DNA of 64,000 nucleotides from the NCBI GenBank assembly GCA_036381415.1, contig DASVCV010000012.1:10717-74716 (forward strand), in the 5' to 3' direction. This DNA is from Patescibacteria group bacterium. Lineage in GTDB: Bacteria > Patescibacteriota > Microgenomatia > UBA8517. Positions within the stretch are counted from its first letter, which is position 1, and every line of letters begins with the position of its first letter. The notes under the pieces were generated by a model. It did not search any database. It was not told the origin of the DNA and saw only the letters and a list, made by a program, of their open reading frames with translations. The position numbers were made by a program, and so were the translations under genes. Positions 1 to 10,169 of the stretch are shown here, piece by piece.

Positions 1-1032
1 TATAAACATATTTAATACTCTACTTATATTTTTCCCCGATACATCTATAAAAACACCAACACTCTCATCCATTGCCTCTACAATCGCGCCCCTTCTTGAT
101 CCAACAACTGGTGTCCCACAAGAAAGAGATTCAATTATAACTCTTCCAAACCCTTCTTCATGAGTCGATGGAACAATAACAACGTCACTAGCCGAATAAT
201 ATATAGGCAAATATCTATTATCTATTTTACCTATAAAATTTAAATTTGAAAGTTTCGCTTGTGCATCTCTTACATCATCTGCCATTGGCCCATCCCCAAT
301 AATCAAAAACTCTACAGTTTTTGTTATCCTTGCAGCATCAATTAAATCCATAATACCTTTAACCGCAACAAGTCTGCCAACAAACAAGCAGTAAAATTTC
401 TTACCACTTAATCCCAACTTCTTTCTAGCCCTTAACTTATTAATAGGAGAGAAAATTTTCTGGTTGACCCAGTATGTAAAAACTGAAACCTTCTCGCTAT
501 TCACATTTAGGTCAAGAACTTCACTTTTTGACTGCTTTGAAAGAGTTAAGACATGGTTGCTTCCATTAAAAAGCTTTTGACAAAACTTCGAATATAATCC
601 TGATTCTGGAAAACGATAAATTGAATGAGTAGATACCACCACCTTTTTACCAAACAATTTTCCCATGACAACACCTATTGCTCCAGCAACTAAACCTTGT
701 GCATGTATTACTTTAATCTTACTTCTATTCCAAAAAATAAAGATAAAACTCATCATAAATAGTCCTGGTGCTAAGTAAACAAACTCCAATATTGGATATT
801 TTTCCAAAAGTAAAAATAAATTTGCCCTAATCCATGGAAACCTGTATATAACATATCCTTTTCCTCTCTCAATATATTTACCCCTTGCCCTAGTTACCAA
901 AGGCTGATAAGTCAAAACAAAAAACTTCAATCCCTTCTTAACTCCTTCATCAATTAAATCATCCAAATGAGTCTCTACCCCTCCTACATTTGGACGAAAG
1001 GGTGTAGTTAAAAGTAAAACTCTACCCTTCAT
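1..1032 (-). CDS. GT4 (group 1) glycosyltransferase; 5' end at 1032, 3' end truncated by the window edge
   Basis: Reverse translation gives MKGRVLLLTTPFRPNVGGVETH... and a C-terminal EEGFGRVIIESLSCGTPVV E-x7-E motif typical of GT4. The ATG overlaps the stop of the upstream gene. Confidence 0.7.
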   Translation of the reverse strand, partial: MKGRVLLLTTPFRPNVGGVETHLDDLIDEGVKKGLKFFVLTYQPLVTRARGKYIERGKGYVIYRFPWIRANLFLLLEKYPILEFVYLAPGLFMMSFIFIFWNRSKIKVIHAQGLVAGAIGVVMGKLFGKKVVVSTHSIYRFPESGLYSKFCQKLFNGSNHVLTLSKQSKSEVLDLNVNSEKVSVFTYWVNQKIFSPINKLRARKKLGLSGKKFYCLFVGRLVAVKGIMDLIDAARITKTVEFLIIGDGPMADDVRDAQAKLSNLNFIGKIDNRYLPIYYSASDVVIVPSTHEEGFGRVIIESLSCGTPVVGSRRGAIVEAMDESVGVFIDVSGKNISRVLNMFI

Positions 1033-1855
1033 CTAACCTCCCTCTAACATATCCTACCAACCCTCCAGCCATTTCACACCCAAACATATAAAACATTGCA
1101 ATACTTAATAGTGGATTACTTACCAACTTTCTCCATTTTTTATAAAAAACAGGTCTTAAAAAATAAATAGTTTTACTACTAACTAGAGGAATGTTTTGTT
1201 TTTTTAAATATTTGTGTGCAAGCTTGGCATAATAGAATTTTTTCCTAACTAAAGAATATAAAGAAGGTATTCTTTCATAATGGTAAATAACTGACCTGAC
1301 CCTATCTATTTTGTATCCCATTTTTCCAACACTCTCTGGCAACTCCCAATCTTCAGGCCCAGTAATCAACTCATCGTATCCTCCTGCTTTATTAAATGTG
1401 CTTTTCCTGAAAAATCGAGCAGCATCTGTTGTTGCATCACCTGACTCATTGTAAAAAGATCTCTCATAAGCTTTAACTCTCTCCCAAAAATTTGATGCAA
1501 GAGACTCTTCAGGAATCACAATTCCCCCTATCTCCTTATTACCTTCAATCTTTTTTACACACTCCGATAAAACATTTTCAGTTAGTTCCATGTCAGCATC
1601 CAAAAATAAAAGATACTCTCCACTGGCTTTCTTTGCCCCAAAATTTCTCTGCGCAGATCTTTCAGGACCATAGGTATAAACTTTTCTTGTAAATTTTTTA
1701 GCAATACCTAAAGTATTATCTCTAGATCTATTATCAACTACTATTATTTCCTTACTCGCGTCTTTCTGACCTTTTACACTTTGTAAAAGCCGCCCCAATA
1801 CCTTTTCCTCATTCTTAGTCGTAACTACCACAGAGATTAAGTTTTTCTTTTTCAT
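1022..1855 (-). CDS. GT2 family glycosyltransferase
   Basis: SVVVTTKNEE...VVDNRSRDNT...LFLDADM: GT2 N-terminal signature with a DxD-type motif. Confidence 0.8.
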   Translation of the reverse strand: MKKKNLISVVVTTKNEEKVLGRLLQSVKGQKDASKEIIVVDNRSRDNTLGIAKKFTRKVYTYGPERSAQRNFGAKKASGEYLLFLDADMELTENVLSECVKKIEGNKEIGGIVIPEESLASNFWERVKAYERSFYNESGDATTDAARFFRKSTFNKAGGYDELITGPEDWELPESVGKMGYKIDRVRSVIYHYERIPSLYSLVRKKFYYAKLAHKYLKKQNIPLVSSKTIYFLRPVFYKKWRKLVSNPLLSIAMFYMFGCEMAGGLVGYVRGRLDEG

Positions 1856-1909
1856 TGGCTAAATGATATCATAAATAAATTTACTCCTTGAGAGCAAAAC
1901 AGTAGAGTT

Positions 1910-2473
1910 ATGTCTTTAGCAAACATCACATCAAAACATAGAGGCAAATTAATAATAAAAGCCTACAAAAATAGCTTAAAGAAAAATCACAAAGTAATTG
2001 ATATTGGTTGCGGTAACGGAGTGATTACTACTCAATTAAAAGACTTCTTCAAATTTAAAGTAATCGGGTGTGACATTATAAACTATCTTTTAACCGACAT
2101 TCCATTTAGAAAAATGACTAAAGACAGTCAGATCCCCTTTCGCAATAAGTCCTTTGACATTTCCATGTTTAACGACGTCCTTCACCATATGCCAAAAGAA
2201 GTACAAATTAAAATGTTGAAAGAAGCATTAAGAGTAAGCAAAAAAGTTTTAATATTTGAAGTTCAGCCAACTATTTCAGGAACCATTTTTGATTTCATAT
2301 TAAATAAAATTCACAATTTTAATATGTATATTCCTTTTACTTTTAGAAAAACTGAGGATTGGGCAAAAGTATTTGAAAACTTAAATTGTAATTATAAAGT
2401 TATAACTGTTGATAGACCAACTTTTTACCCGTTTTCTCATGTTGCTTTCGTTTTGACAAAAACAAAGGACTAA
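1910..2473 (+). CDS. Class I SAM-dependent methyltransferase
   Basis: [12 protein letters not shown] glycine-rich SAM motif I; 187 aa; the 3' end overlaps a convergent gene. Confidence 0.7.
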   Translation: MSLANITSKHRGKLIIKAYKNSLKKNHKVIDIGCGNGVITTQLKDFFKFKVIGCDIINYLLTDIPFRKMTKDSQIPFRNKSFDISMFNDVLHHMPKEVQIKMLKEALRVSKKVLIFEVQPTISGTIFDFILNKIHNFNMYIPFTFRKTEDWAKVFENLNCNYKVITVDRPTFYPFSHVAFVLTKTKD

Positions 2474-4886
2474 CCTTTAATCTCCAAAACCCAATACCGC
2501 ACATCTTTGCCAACACCAACCCATGCTTAAAGGCTTTCATCTTAGATTTTCCAGCGACTCTCTTTTTGTAATGAACAGGCACTTCAATTATATCCAAGTT
2601 GTTTTCAGCAGCTCCAAACAATAAATCAAAGTCTCCCCATGATTTTCCACTCATTTTAACCTTCTTGTAATCACTTTTATATAAAGCTTTAGTACCACAA
2701 AGCGTATCTGTTATTCTTACACCTAAAAGCCAGGAAAATATCCAGCTAAAAACTAAATTTCCCACCAAATTAAGCTGTCTCATGGCTTGATCTTCCATTG
2801 GATAAATTAATCGGGTGCCATTTACAAAAGTTCCCAGCCCTTTTTCAAAAATATTAAAAAATCTCGGCAATTCCTCCGGAGGAACAGCCATATCTGCATC
2901 TAAAATCATTACGACATCCCCTTTAGAAGCATTCATCCCTTCCTTAACAGCCCAACCCTTACCTCTATTAGGTTTATACGAAACAAGCCTCAAGTTCTTA
3001 TACTTTCTCATCAATTGTTTAACTTCTCTTGCAGTCTTGTCCTTCGATCCATCGTCTACCACAATTATCTCAGTTCCCTTACCCATCTTAGGCACTCTAC
3101 TAATACAGTTTTTAATATTTTCCTCTTCATTAAAACAAGGAATAACAACTGAACAGCTAAGTTTTTTAGTAACTGCCAAATCCGCCTTGCTTGCAACAAT
3201 ATACTGCTCCAAGCAAAAACGATTTAGGAATGGGGTTTGCTGAACAACTGAATTAACCCATCTGCTGACAAAAGGTATGTGGACAGGAAATATTAATTTA
3301 TATCCACACTCTTCAACTTGATAACCTGATATATTTACAATATTTTTTAAATCCTGGAGTCTTAACCAATTCTTCTCACCTTCTGCCCTTTTTAAATTAA
3401 ACTTTTCTAAAACGGAAAAAACTTGTATCCATTTTGGGTTCAAGGAAGTAAGGATTATTTTTGATTTTGTTGTTGTATTATCTTTTAGTTTTTCAAGAAC
3501 AGTTTGGATATCTTCTAAATGATCAACTGAGTTCGGCATTATAACATAGTCAAAGCTACCTCCTATATTTATATTTTCGGGCTTGGAATTAATAAATTTA
3601 ATCTGTGAGTATCTTCTTTTTGCAGAAAGCATAATGTTCTCATCAGTATCAACACTTACAGCTTTCTTTGGATAAAGACTCGCTAGAATATCTCCCAACC
3701 CATACCCTACTTGCAATACATTTGCCCCTTCAGGAATAGACGATTTAAAAATCTGCCGCAATGAGTTATGGAAGTACCAGTTCTTTTCTCTCCAATAATC
3801 AAGACTCTTACTCATTGAAAAAGAAACAGCTTCTCTAGAAAACGCACTGTTTTTAACAATATCTTCAATCGTTGTATCAATATCATATTCATACTTCCAT
3901 TTAGGATAATGACCCTTAAACTTTTCTACAGAAGAAACATACCAAATATGGTCTCCAGTTCTATTTTCGTCTTTATATTCTGTAATTGCCTTTTTACCAC
4001 TGATATCTTCAATCTTTTTAATCGCCTCAATCATAGAAATGTTGGCAAATCTTGAACCTCCCATGTTATAAACCTCACCAATTCTTGGTTTTTGGTAAAA
4101 ATTATAAAAAGCATTTAGTAGATCATGGGAGTGGATATTATCTCTTACTTGCTTTCCTTTATACCCATATATAGTGTACTTACGTTCAGTTAAAATACAC
4201 TTAACTAAATAAGATAAAAATCCATGTTGCTCTGTACCTGCATGCCCAGATCCGGTAAGACACCCTCCCCTAAAAACACCAGTTGCTAAGTTAAAATATC
4301 TTCCATATTCCTGAACCATAAGATCCGCTGCTGCTTTTGAAACACCAAATAAAGAATGAGTGCTATTATCAATAGACATTGTTTCATCAATACCGTTTTT
4401 ATATTGATGTTTTGGACTAATCTCGTATCTAGTTTTTAATTCAATTAAGGGAAGTCTGTTAGGAGTATCTCCATAAACTTTATTTGTTGATGTATATATA
4501 AATACTCCATCAGAAGCATGACGCTTAAAACATTCAAGCAAATTTAATGTTCCATTGGCATTTACTCCAAAGTCAGTAAGAGGCTCCTTCGCAGCCCAGT
4601 CATGCGATGGCTGCGCAGCAGTGTGAATAATTAAATCAAACTTATGTTTTTCAAATATTTCTTCTAACTTATCAAAATCCCTTATATCATTCGAATAGTG
4701 AGAATAGTTTTTATATATCCTAAGAAGCTTTTTTACGTTTGGCTCAGTACTTCCTTCACTACCAAAGTAGTATTCCCTCATATTGTTGTCTATTCCAACT
4801 ACTTTGTACCCTAGATTAGAAAAAAAATGTACCGACTCAGATCCTATTAGTCCGCCTGATCCGGTAACTAAAATTGTCTTTGCCAT
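2400..4886 (-). CDS. Trifunctional fusion: NAD-dependent sugar epimerase (possibly CDP-paratose 2-epimerase-like), class I SAM methyltransferase, and GT2 glycosyltransferase (Dpm1-like)
   Basis: N-terminus [13 protein letters not shown] Rossmann fold plus [11 protein letters not shown] and HIWYVSS. Middle region [17 protein letters not shown] motif. C-terminus [37 protein letters not shown]. 828 aa. Confidence 0.75.
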   Translation of the reverse strand: MAKTILVTGSGGLIGSESVHFFSNLGYKVVGIDNNMREYYFGSEGSTEPNVKKLLRIYKNYSHYSNDIRDFDKLEEIFEKHKFDLIIHTAAQPSHDWAAKEPLTDFGVNANGTLNLLECFKRHASDGVFIYTSTNKVYGDTPNRLPLIELKTRYEISPKHQYKNGIDETMSIDNSTHSLFGVSKAAADLMVQEYGRYFNLATGVFRGGCLTGSGHAGTEQHGFLSYLVKCILTERKYTIYGYKGKQVRDNIHSHDLLNAFYNFYQKPRIGEVYNMGGSRFANISMIEAIKKIEDISGKKAITEYKDENRTGDHIWYVSSVEKFKGHYPKWKYEYDIDTTIEDIVKNSAFSREAVSFSMSKSLDYWREKNWYFHNSLRQIFKSSIPEGANVLQVGYGLGDILASLYPKKAVSVDTDENIMLSAKRRYSQIKFINSKPENINIGGSFDYVIMPNSVDHLEDIQTVLEKLKDNTTTKSKIILTSLNPKWIQVFSVLEKFNLKRAEGEKNWLRLQDLKNIVNISGYQVEECGYKLIFPVHIPFVSRWVNSVVQQTPFLNRFCLEQYIVASKADLAVTKKLSCSVVIPCFNEEENIKNCISRVPKMGKGTEIIVVDDGSKDKTAREVKQLMRKYKNLRLVSYKPNRGKGWAVKEGMNASKGDVVMILDADMAVPPEELPRFFNIFEKGLGTFVNGTRLIYPMEDQAMRQLNLVGNLVFSWIFSWLLGVRITDTLCGTKALYKSDYKKVKMSGKSWGDFDLLFGAAENNLDIIEVPVHYKKRVAGKSKMKAFKHGLVLAKMCGIGFWRLKVSPLFLSKRKQHEKTGKKLVYQQL

Positions 4887-4932
4887 TTCGGGTCCATATT
4901 ATATACTTACCAATTAGAAGTCAACTGTAAAT
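4887..4932. promoter_or_regulatory. Short divergent intergenic region (probable bidirectional promoter)
   Basis: 46 bp of AT-rich sequence between the divergently oriented 2400-4886 (-) and 4933-5946 (+) genes; it is the only place transcription of both could start. Confidence 0.4.
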
Positions 4933-5946
4933 ATGTCAAAAAAATATAAAATTATTGTTACTGGATCAACAGGTTTTGTAGGAAGAAGATTAATAAAACT
5001 TCTAGTTAAAAAATATAACAGCAAAGATATTCTTTGTCTAATCTGGGACCGAAATAGCAATCTTGAAAAATCAGGAAGAAAAATTCTCAAAGACCTAAAA
5101 CTCAACACAAAAAAAATTGATTTAGTAACAGGGCAGGGACTTAAAAACCTTCCCAAATCTCCAAAGCTCATTATTCATCTCGCAGCCAACACAGATACAA
5201 ATGAAAAGGATCACAGAGTAAACGACATAGGAGTTAAAAATCTACTAGATGCTTTTAGCCCCATAGCACCAGACACACATATTATCCACATTAGTACCAT
5301 GGTAGCAATGAGTGGAAGAAAAAATTGTTCTAAACCTTTCAGTGAATCAAACCCTCTTTCTCCAAACAATGAATATACTAGAACAAAAGCAAATGGAGAA
5401 AAAATCATACTGGAAAGACAAAAAAAAGAAAACTTCAGGCTAACGATTTTAAGACCAAACACTATTTATGGTAGCGGTATGAGACCAGATAGTCTTTTTG
5501 ATTTTGTTAAAAAACTTATCCTTAAAAAGTCACTACTTGCTAGACTTAATTGGCCAGGACTTTCAAGTCTTATCTGTGTTGATGATGTAGCTAAAGCAAT
5601 ACTTCTAGCTGTAAATAACCCCCCAAAACCTGGTAAGAACAATATTTTCTTCTTGCATGGAGAAAACATAACTCTTGCTGAAATAAGTCGCCAGCTTCAT
5701 CAAAAGCTAAACACTCCCTATAAAGTGATAGTAATGCCAAAATTATTTTGGAGCATGGCTTCTTTAGAAAGATATTTCATACCAATACTAGAAAAGGTAA
5801 CAAACCCAAAAACTTTCAACCTCGCCTGGAGGGCTTCACTAATAGTTGAAAATGTAATCTATTGTAATTCAACCAAAATGAAAAAAACATTTCCTACCTG
5901 GTCACCTAGAAAATTAAGTGAGGAAATAAAAAGGATAACTATTTAA
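4933..5946 (+). CDS. NAD-dependent epimerase/dehydratase family protein
   Basis: IIVTGSTGFVGRRL Rossmann motif; 337 aa; specificity not determinable. Confidence 0.7.
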   Translation: MSKKYKIIVTGSTGFVGRRLIKLLVKKYNSKDILCLIWDRNSNLEKSGRKILKDLKLNTKKIDLVTGQGLKNLPKSPKLIIHLAANTDTNEKDHRVNDIGVKNLLDAFSPIAPDTHIIHISTMVAMSGRKNCSKPFSESNPLSPNNEYTRTKANGEKIILERQKKENFRLTILRPNTIYGSGMRPDSLFDFVKKLILKKSLLARLNWPGLSSLICVDDVAKAILLAVNNPPKPGKNNIFFLHGENITLAEISRQLHQKLNTPYKVIVMPKLFWSMASLERYFIPILEKVTNPKTFNLAWRASLIVENVIYCNSTKMKKTFPTWSPRKLSEEIKRITI

Positions 5947-5948
5947 GC

Positions 5949-6947
5949 CTACTTGAAGTATTTTTCTTTTACCTGTTCCTCTATCCACTTATATGTCTCC
6001 CCCAAACCTTCCTCTAGAGATATCTTTGGCTCCCATTTAAGAACCTTCTTCAAACGAGTATTATCAGAATTTCTTCCTCTTACTCCTTGTGGTCCTTCAA
6101 TATGTTTAATTTTAATTTTCACTCCTGCAATATTTGCAACCAATTTAGCTAGGTCATTTATACTTATTAACCTATCTTGTCCTAAATTAAGTGGTTTATC
6201 ATAATCAGATCTCATCAGCTTGAAAATTCCTTCAGTGCAATCATCAATATAACAAAAAGATCTTGTCTGTTTTCCATCTCCCCATATTTCAATCTCAGGA
6301 TTACCGCTTAATTTTGCAAAAGCAACTTTTCTACACATAGCAGCAGGAGCTTTTTCTCTCCCACCCTCCCATGTCCCATGAGGACCAAAAATATTATGAA
6401 ATCTCACAATCCTAGTTTCAATTCCAAAATCCTGCTTATAATGTGTACACAACCTCTCCATCACAAGTTTTTCCCATCCATATGCATCTTGTGGAAAAGC
6501 TGGATAAGCATCATCTTCTTTTAGAGGAACAACCTTTGCTTTAGTTTGTTTAAATTCAGGGTACACACAAGCCGAAGACGTGTAGAAATACCTCTTAGCC
6601 CCATTTACTCTTGCTGCTTCAAGAGTATGGGTATTAATTAAAGAATTATTGCGAAGAATAATAGAATGATTTGATGAGATAAATCCCATCCCACCCATAT
6701 CAGCTGCCAAACCAAAAACCTCCTCAATTCCTCTCGTTGCCTGCAAGCAATTATCCCATCTTCTTAAGTCTAAAATTTCAAATTCATCAGCATCACTTTC
6801 TTTATACTCAGGATACTTAATATCTACTCCTCTAACCCAATATCCTTTTCCTTTTAAGTAAGTCACCAAATGGTGTCCAATAAATCCACCTGCTCCAGTT
6901 ACTAAAACTCTTTTTCTATTGTTCTCTGCTTTTTTCTTTTTTGGCAT
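5949..6947 (-). CDS. GDP-mannose 3,5-epimerase (GME)-like NDP-sugar epimerase
   Basis: Long collinear matches to plant GME as I recall it: LAADMGGMGFISSNHS, SSACVYPEFKQ, RFHNIFGPHGTWEGGREKAPAAMCRK, WGDGKQTRSF, GPQGVRGRNSDN. Confidence 0.75.
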   Translation of the reverse strand: MPKKKKAENNRKRVLVTGAGGFIGHHLVTYLKGKGYWVRGVDIKYPEYKESDADEFEILDLRRWDNCLQATRGIEEVFGLAADMGGMGFISSNHSIILRNNSLINTHTLEAARVNGAKRYFYTSSACVYPEFKQTKAKVVPLKEDDAYPAFPQDAYGWEKLVMERLCTHYKQDFGIETRIVRFHNIFGPHGTWEGGREKAPAAMCRKVAFAKLSGNPEIEIWGDGKQTRSFCYIDDCTEGIFKLMRSDYDKPLNLGQDRLISINDLAKLVANIAGVKIKIKHIEGPQGVRGRNSDNTRLKKVLKWEPKISLEEGLGETYKWIEEQVKEKYFK

Positions 6948-7007
6948 TGTGAAACATTATAATACCAATCTCTACAATTTGTAAAAGGCAAAAATAAAAA
7001 TTGAAAT

Positions 7008-8120
7008 TTACAAGCTTTTGAGCAAATTTAAACTTTTATTTTGAGCCGATTTCCAATCAAACTTCTTGCTCCACATAATCGCATTTTTTTGAAACTTGTT
7101 ATATTTATTTCTATTAGACATTAACTCAATACAATTCTTTGCTAATTTTTCCACATCTCCTTGAGAACACAACAATCCAGTCTTGTTATTAATTACCGAG
7201 TCTTTTACTCCACTTACGTTGTAGCCCACTACTGGCACACCCATTGAGTTTGCCTCAATATTTACCAATCCCCAACCTTCTCTTACAGAAGGGTTAAGCA
7301 TAATATCAGCTCTACCCAACAGCTCAAATTTTTTTTCCTCGCTAACAAACCCCCAAAATTTAATTATTCTATCTAGACTCAGCTCTTTAGCTCTTAACTT
7401 TAAAAATCTAAGATACTGCGTTTCACCTTTTCCTACAACCCAGAACTTACAATTATCTTTTAGTTTATTTATCAAACTAAATACCTCAATAGCCTCCTCA
7501 ATTCCTTTATCCTTAGACAAAGCGCCTAAATAAATAACTGTAGTTGCTTTTTCTCTTTTAAATTTTTTCTCTATCTTAGTAAAACCATTGTAAATTACTA
7601 CAATGTTCTTTTTTGGAATTCCCCACTTTTCTAAATCGTTCTTTGTTGATTGAGAAACAGTCATAAATAAAGTGCTTTTATATAAAAGCTTAAAAATGAA
7701 GGGCTCAAGCATTGTACCAACAACAAATGGAATTGTATTAAAAGGCCTTGGCCAAGGATTAAGTTTCCACACCTCCTTTGCAACTTCATGAATATACGCA
7801 ATCTTTTTGCCTCTAACAAAAATTGGGGTAAAAAATGGTATCCCATGAAACTGGTCAACCACTACATCATAGTTCTCATGTTTTTCAAGTATGTACCACA
7901 AAAAAGCAGCTACCTGAACACCAAAAACTTCTGATCCCCTCCTGATGATCTCCACCCCATCGACAATCTCCCTAACCTTTCCTCCACTAAAATAGGAGGT
8001 AAAAAGAGTGACCTCATGTCCTGCATTTACCCACCCCTTCGCATGCTCGTGGGTTGCAATTTCTGCTCCTCCAAAATGTGGATGTCCTGGACCTCTCCAG
8101 CTAAAAATAAGTATTCTCAT
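7008..8120 (-). CDS. GT4 (group 1) glycosyltransferase
   Basis: 370 aa; C-terminal EGWGLVNIEANSMGVPVVGYN E-x7-E motif; ATGA overlap with the upstream gene. Confidence 0.75.
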   Translation of the reverse strand: MRILIFSWRGPGHPHFGGAEIATHEHAKGWVNAGHEVTLFTSYFSGGKVREIVDGVEIIRRGSEVFGVQVAAFLWYILEKHENYDVVVDQFHGIPFFTPIFVRGKKIAYIHEVAKEVWKLNPWPRPFNTIPFVVGTMLEPFIFKLLYKSTLFMTVSQSTKNDLEKWGIPKKNIVVIYNGFTKIEKKFKREKATTVIYLGALSKDKGIEEAIEVFSLINKLKDNCKFWVVGKGETQYLRFLKLRAKELSLDRIIKFWGFVSEEKKFELLGRADIMLNPSVREGWGLVNIEANSMGVPVVGYNVSGVKDSVINNKTGLLCSQGDVEKLAKNCIELMSNRNKYNKFQKNAIMWSKKFDWKSAQNKSLNLLKSL

Positions 8121-8944
8121 CTTCCTTTAAACGTTAAGTAATGTGGAGTAATCCAAATACTTTTATTATCGCTCCTATAATATCGCTTTATTCTTAATCT
8201 ATAAAAGATTGCTAAAGTATCCCAAAACATCCAAAAAACAGTTCTTAAAAAACCCTTTGAAGTTAAAACAGATGCTCCTCCAAACTCCATTTTTAACTCA
8301 ATAGGAGCTTCGTATATTCTCTTAAATCCCAAGTAGTTTGCAACAGCAAGCATTTCTACATCAAATGCCCAAGCTTTAACTAATAATCTTGGTAAAGTCT
8401 TTTCTAACACTTTTCTTCTAAAGAATTTTAATCCAACCTGAGTATCTTTAATGTTAAGACCAAATAGCACTCTCACAAATATTTGGTACCCAAAAGATAA
8501 TATTCTTCTCTGCCATGGGTAGACAACTTTAGAAACAGGATGTCTTTTTGAACCTACTATTATGTCTGCCCTATACCACTCAAAATGTTCAAGAAGTAAA
8601 GATAAACTGTTGGGGTTTATATCAAAACCAGCATCAATAAATCCAATAATATCCCCTTTTGATTGGGCCATACCGTATTTAACAGCATGCCCTTTCCCCA
8701 AATTATTGTCATATCCAACTACCTTAATTTTTCTTCTATATCTTTTTGCTAACTTCTCAGCTTTTTCAAAAGTACCGTCGACTCTACCATCAACAACACA
8801 AATTATTTCATATGGATATCTCGTATCATCTAAAACATCCTTAACTCTCTTTAAACTTTTCTGTATTATTTTCTCTGCTTTATAAGCAGGAATGATTACT
8901 GATAAAAAAAGTGTCTCAGGCTTTTTTTGACCTCGCTTCTTCAT
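8117..8944 (-). CDS. GT2 family glycosyltransferase
   Basis: LSVIIPAYKAE..VVDGRVDGT..IDAGFD. The track start at 8950 is a TTG codon; the first ATG is at 8944. Confidence 0.8.
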   Translation of the reverse strand: MKKRGQKKPETLFLSVIIPAYKAEKIIQKSLKRVKDVLDDTRYPYEIICVVDGRVDGTFEKAEKLAKRYRRKIKVVGYDNNLGKGHAVKYGMAQSKGDIIGFIDAGFDINPNSLSLLLEHFEWYRADIIVGSKRHPVSKVVYPWQRRILSFGYQIFVRVLFGLNIKDTQVGLKFFRRKVLEKTLPRLLVKAWAFDVEMLAVANYLGFKRIYEAPIELKMEFGGASVLTSKGFLRTVFWMFWDTLAIFYRLRIKRYYRSDNKSIWITPHYLTFKGR

Positions 8945-10169
8945 ATCCAAAGTATATTAGCAGACTCATAAGAAGAAAAGAAGTTACGGCTAAGTTAACT
9001 TTCGCTATATTAAGAATTGAATCATGTATCCCAACAATAGCTAAAATCTGAATGAACGCAAAAATAACAACAAAAATAACAACTTTTGTCTTCCCAATAG
9101 ATAGATAGAAGGATGCTACTAAAGTAGAAAGACTAAATACTGCAGCAAACAATCCAAACCAAATCAAATTGCCAGAAGCAACTAAATACTTCTGTCCATA
9201 GAGAATGCCAATTGGCAAAGATGGGGTAAACAAATAAACAGCCAGTGCAATAAGTGACAAAACTGATGTCAATGCAAAACTTAGAAGAAATATTTGGATA
9301 TAATTCTCTCCTTTTGAGTGTTTCTTTGAAATCATAGGAAACATTACAGCACCTATTGGGCCTGAACCATAAAGAATTATTTTACCCACAGTAGAAAGTG
9401 CATCATATAAAGCAGCATCATTGGAATTAATAAAATGCTTAACTAATATTATATCTGTAGTTAAAAAAGAAGTTGAAGCAAGTGAAAACAAAAATACAGG
9501 CACCGTATACTTAAAGACATCTCCGCCAGCCTTAAAACTATATTTAAATTTAAAATTTTTGTAATCAGAAAGTAGTACCCATGTTATGAAAACTGAAAGA
9601 ATAGATGAAAGTAATATTCCCAGCACTCCACCCATAACTTCCAATCCAACAACTATTAATACCACACCAAAAACAACCCTACCCAGATATTCCAAATTAA
9701 TTGCAAAAACAAATTGTCCAAACTTAAGTAGTCCTTGAAGAAAGGATTTAAAAACAAGGGAGAAAAGGGCAAAGAATAATATTGGTCCAACTAAAACCAT
9801 TGTTTTTTCATCAATATGCAAAAAGTTCGATATAGAAGAAGTAGCTAATACAATGACAACTATTATTATTAATCCTAAAATTAACACTCTTCTTAAAAAC
9901 CATCCGAATATCCCCTTCACCTCATCTTTATCTTTTGCTTGTGAAACAAACTTAACAATAACTAACCCTATGAAATTAAACATTGCAGTAAATACTGCAA
10001 TTACAGAAATAACTGCTGCAAGGTCTGCATATAAAGACAAACTTAAAAATCTAGCAAGAATAATATGATATATAGAAGCAAAAAAGTTTGCTAAGTTTGT
10101 TCCAAGTATCATAACCGCACTACCAGCAAAAAAAGGATGTTTAACTACCTTTAGTATGTAAGATTTCAT
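8916..10169 (-). CDS. MOP-superfamily oligosaccharide flippase (Wzx-like polysaccharide biosynthesis protein)
   Basis: 417 aa; about 12 predicted TM helices; the architecture and position between glycosyltransferases are typical of Wzx-type flippases. Confidence 0.6.
   Translation of the reverse strand: MKSYILKVVKHPFFAGSAVMILGTNLANFFASIYHIILARFLSLSLYADLAAVISVIAVFTAMFNFIGLVIVKFVSQAKDKDEVKGIFGWFLRRVLILGLIIIVVIVLATSSISNFLHIDEKTMVLVGPILFFALFSLVFKSFLQGLLKFGQFVFAINLEYLGRVVFGVVLIVVGLEVMGGVLGILLSSILSVFITWVLLSDYKNFKFKYSFKAGGDVFKYTVPVFLFSLASTSFLTTDIILVKHFINSNDAALYDALSTVGKIILYGSGPIGAVMFPMISKKHSKGENYIQIFLLSFALTSVLSLIALAVYLFTPSLPIGILYGQKYLVASGNLIWFGLFAAVFSLSTLVASFYLSIGKTKVVIFVVIFAFIQILAIVGIHDSILNIAKVNLAVTSFLLMSLLIYFGYEEARSKKA

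Noticed and set aside
1492-1692. Short plus-strand ORFs lying inside long minus-strand genes (for example 1492-1692, 2815-3243, 5953-6204, 8562-8885, 9853-10068, 15804-16067, 21186-21389, 40489-40710, 50844-51113).
   Set aside because: They are antisense to long, well-supported CDSs in an AT-rich genome where spurious ORFs are frequent. They show no recognizable motifs.
4914-5171. Minus-strand 85-aa ORF overlapping the start of the 4933-5946 epimerase gene.
   Set aside because: It overlaps a well-supported plus-strand CDS and the divergent promoter region, and has no motifs.
7321-7330. Other homopolymer tracts of 8 nt, for example near 7321-7330, 11051-11060, 32691-32700 and 5417-5424.
   Set aside because: A8 and T8 runs are expected at this AT content. 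Only the 10-nt tract at 47974-47983 stood out by length and position.
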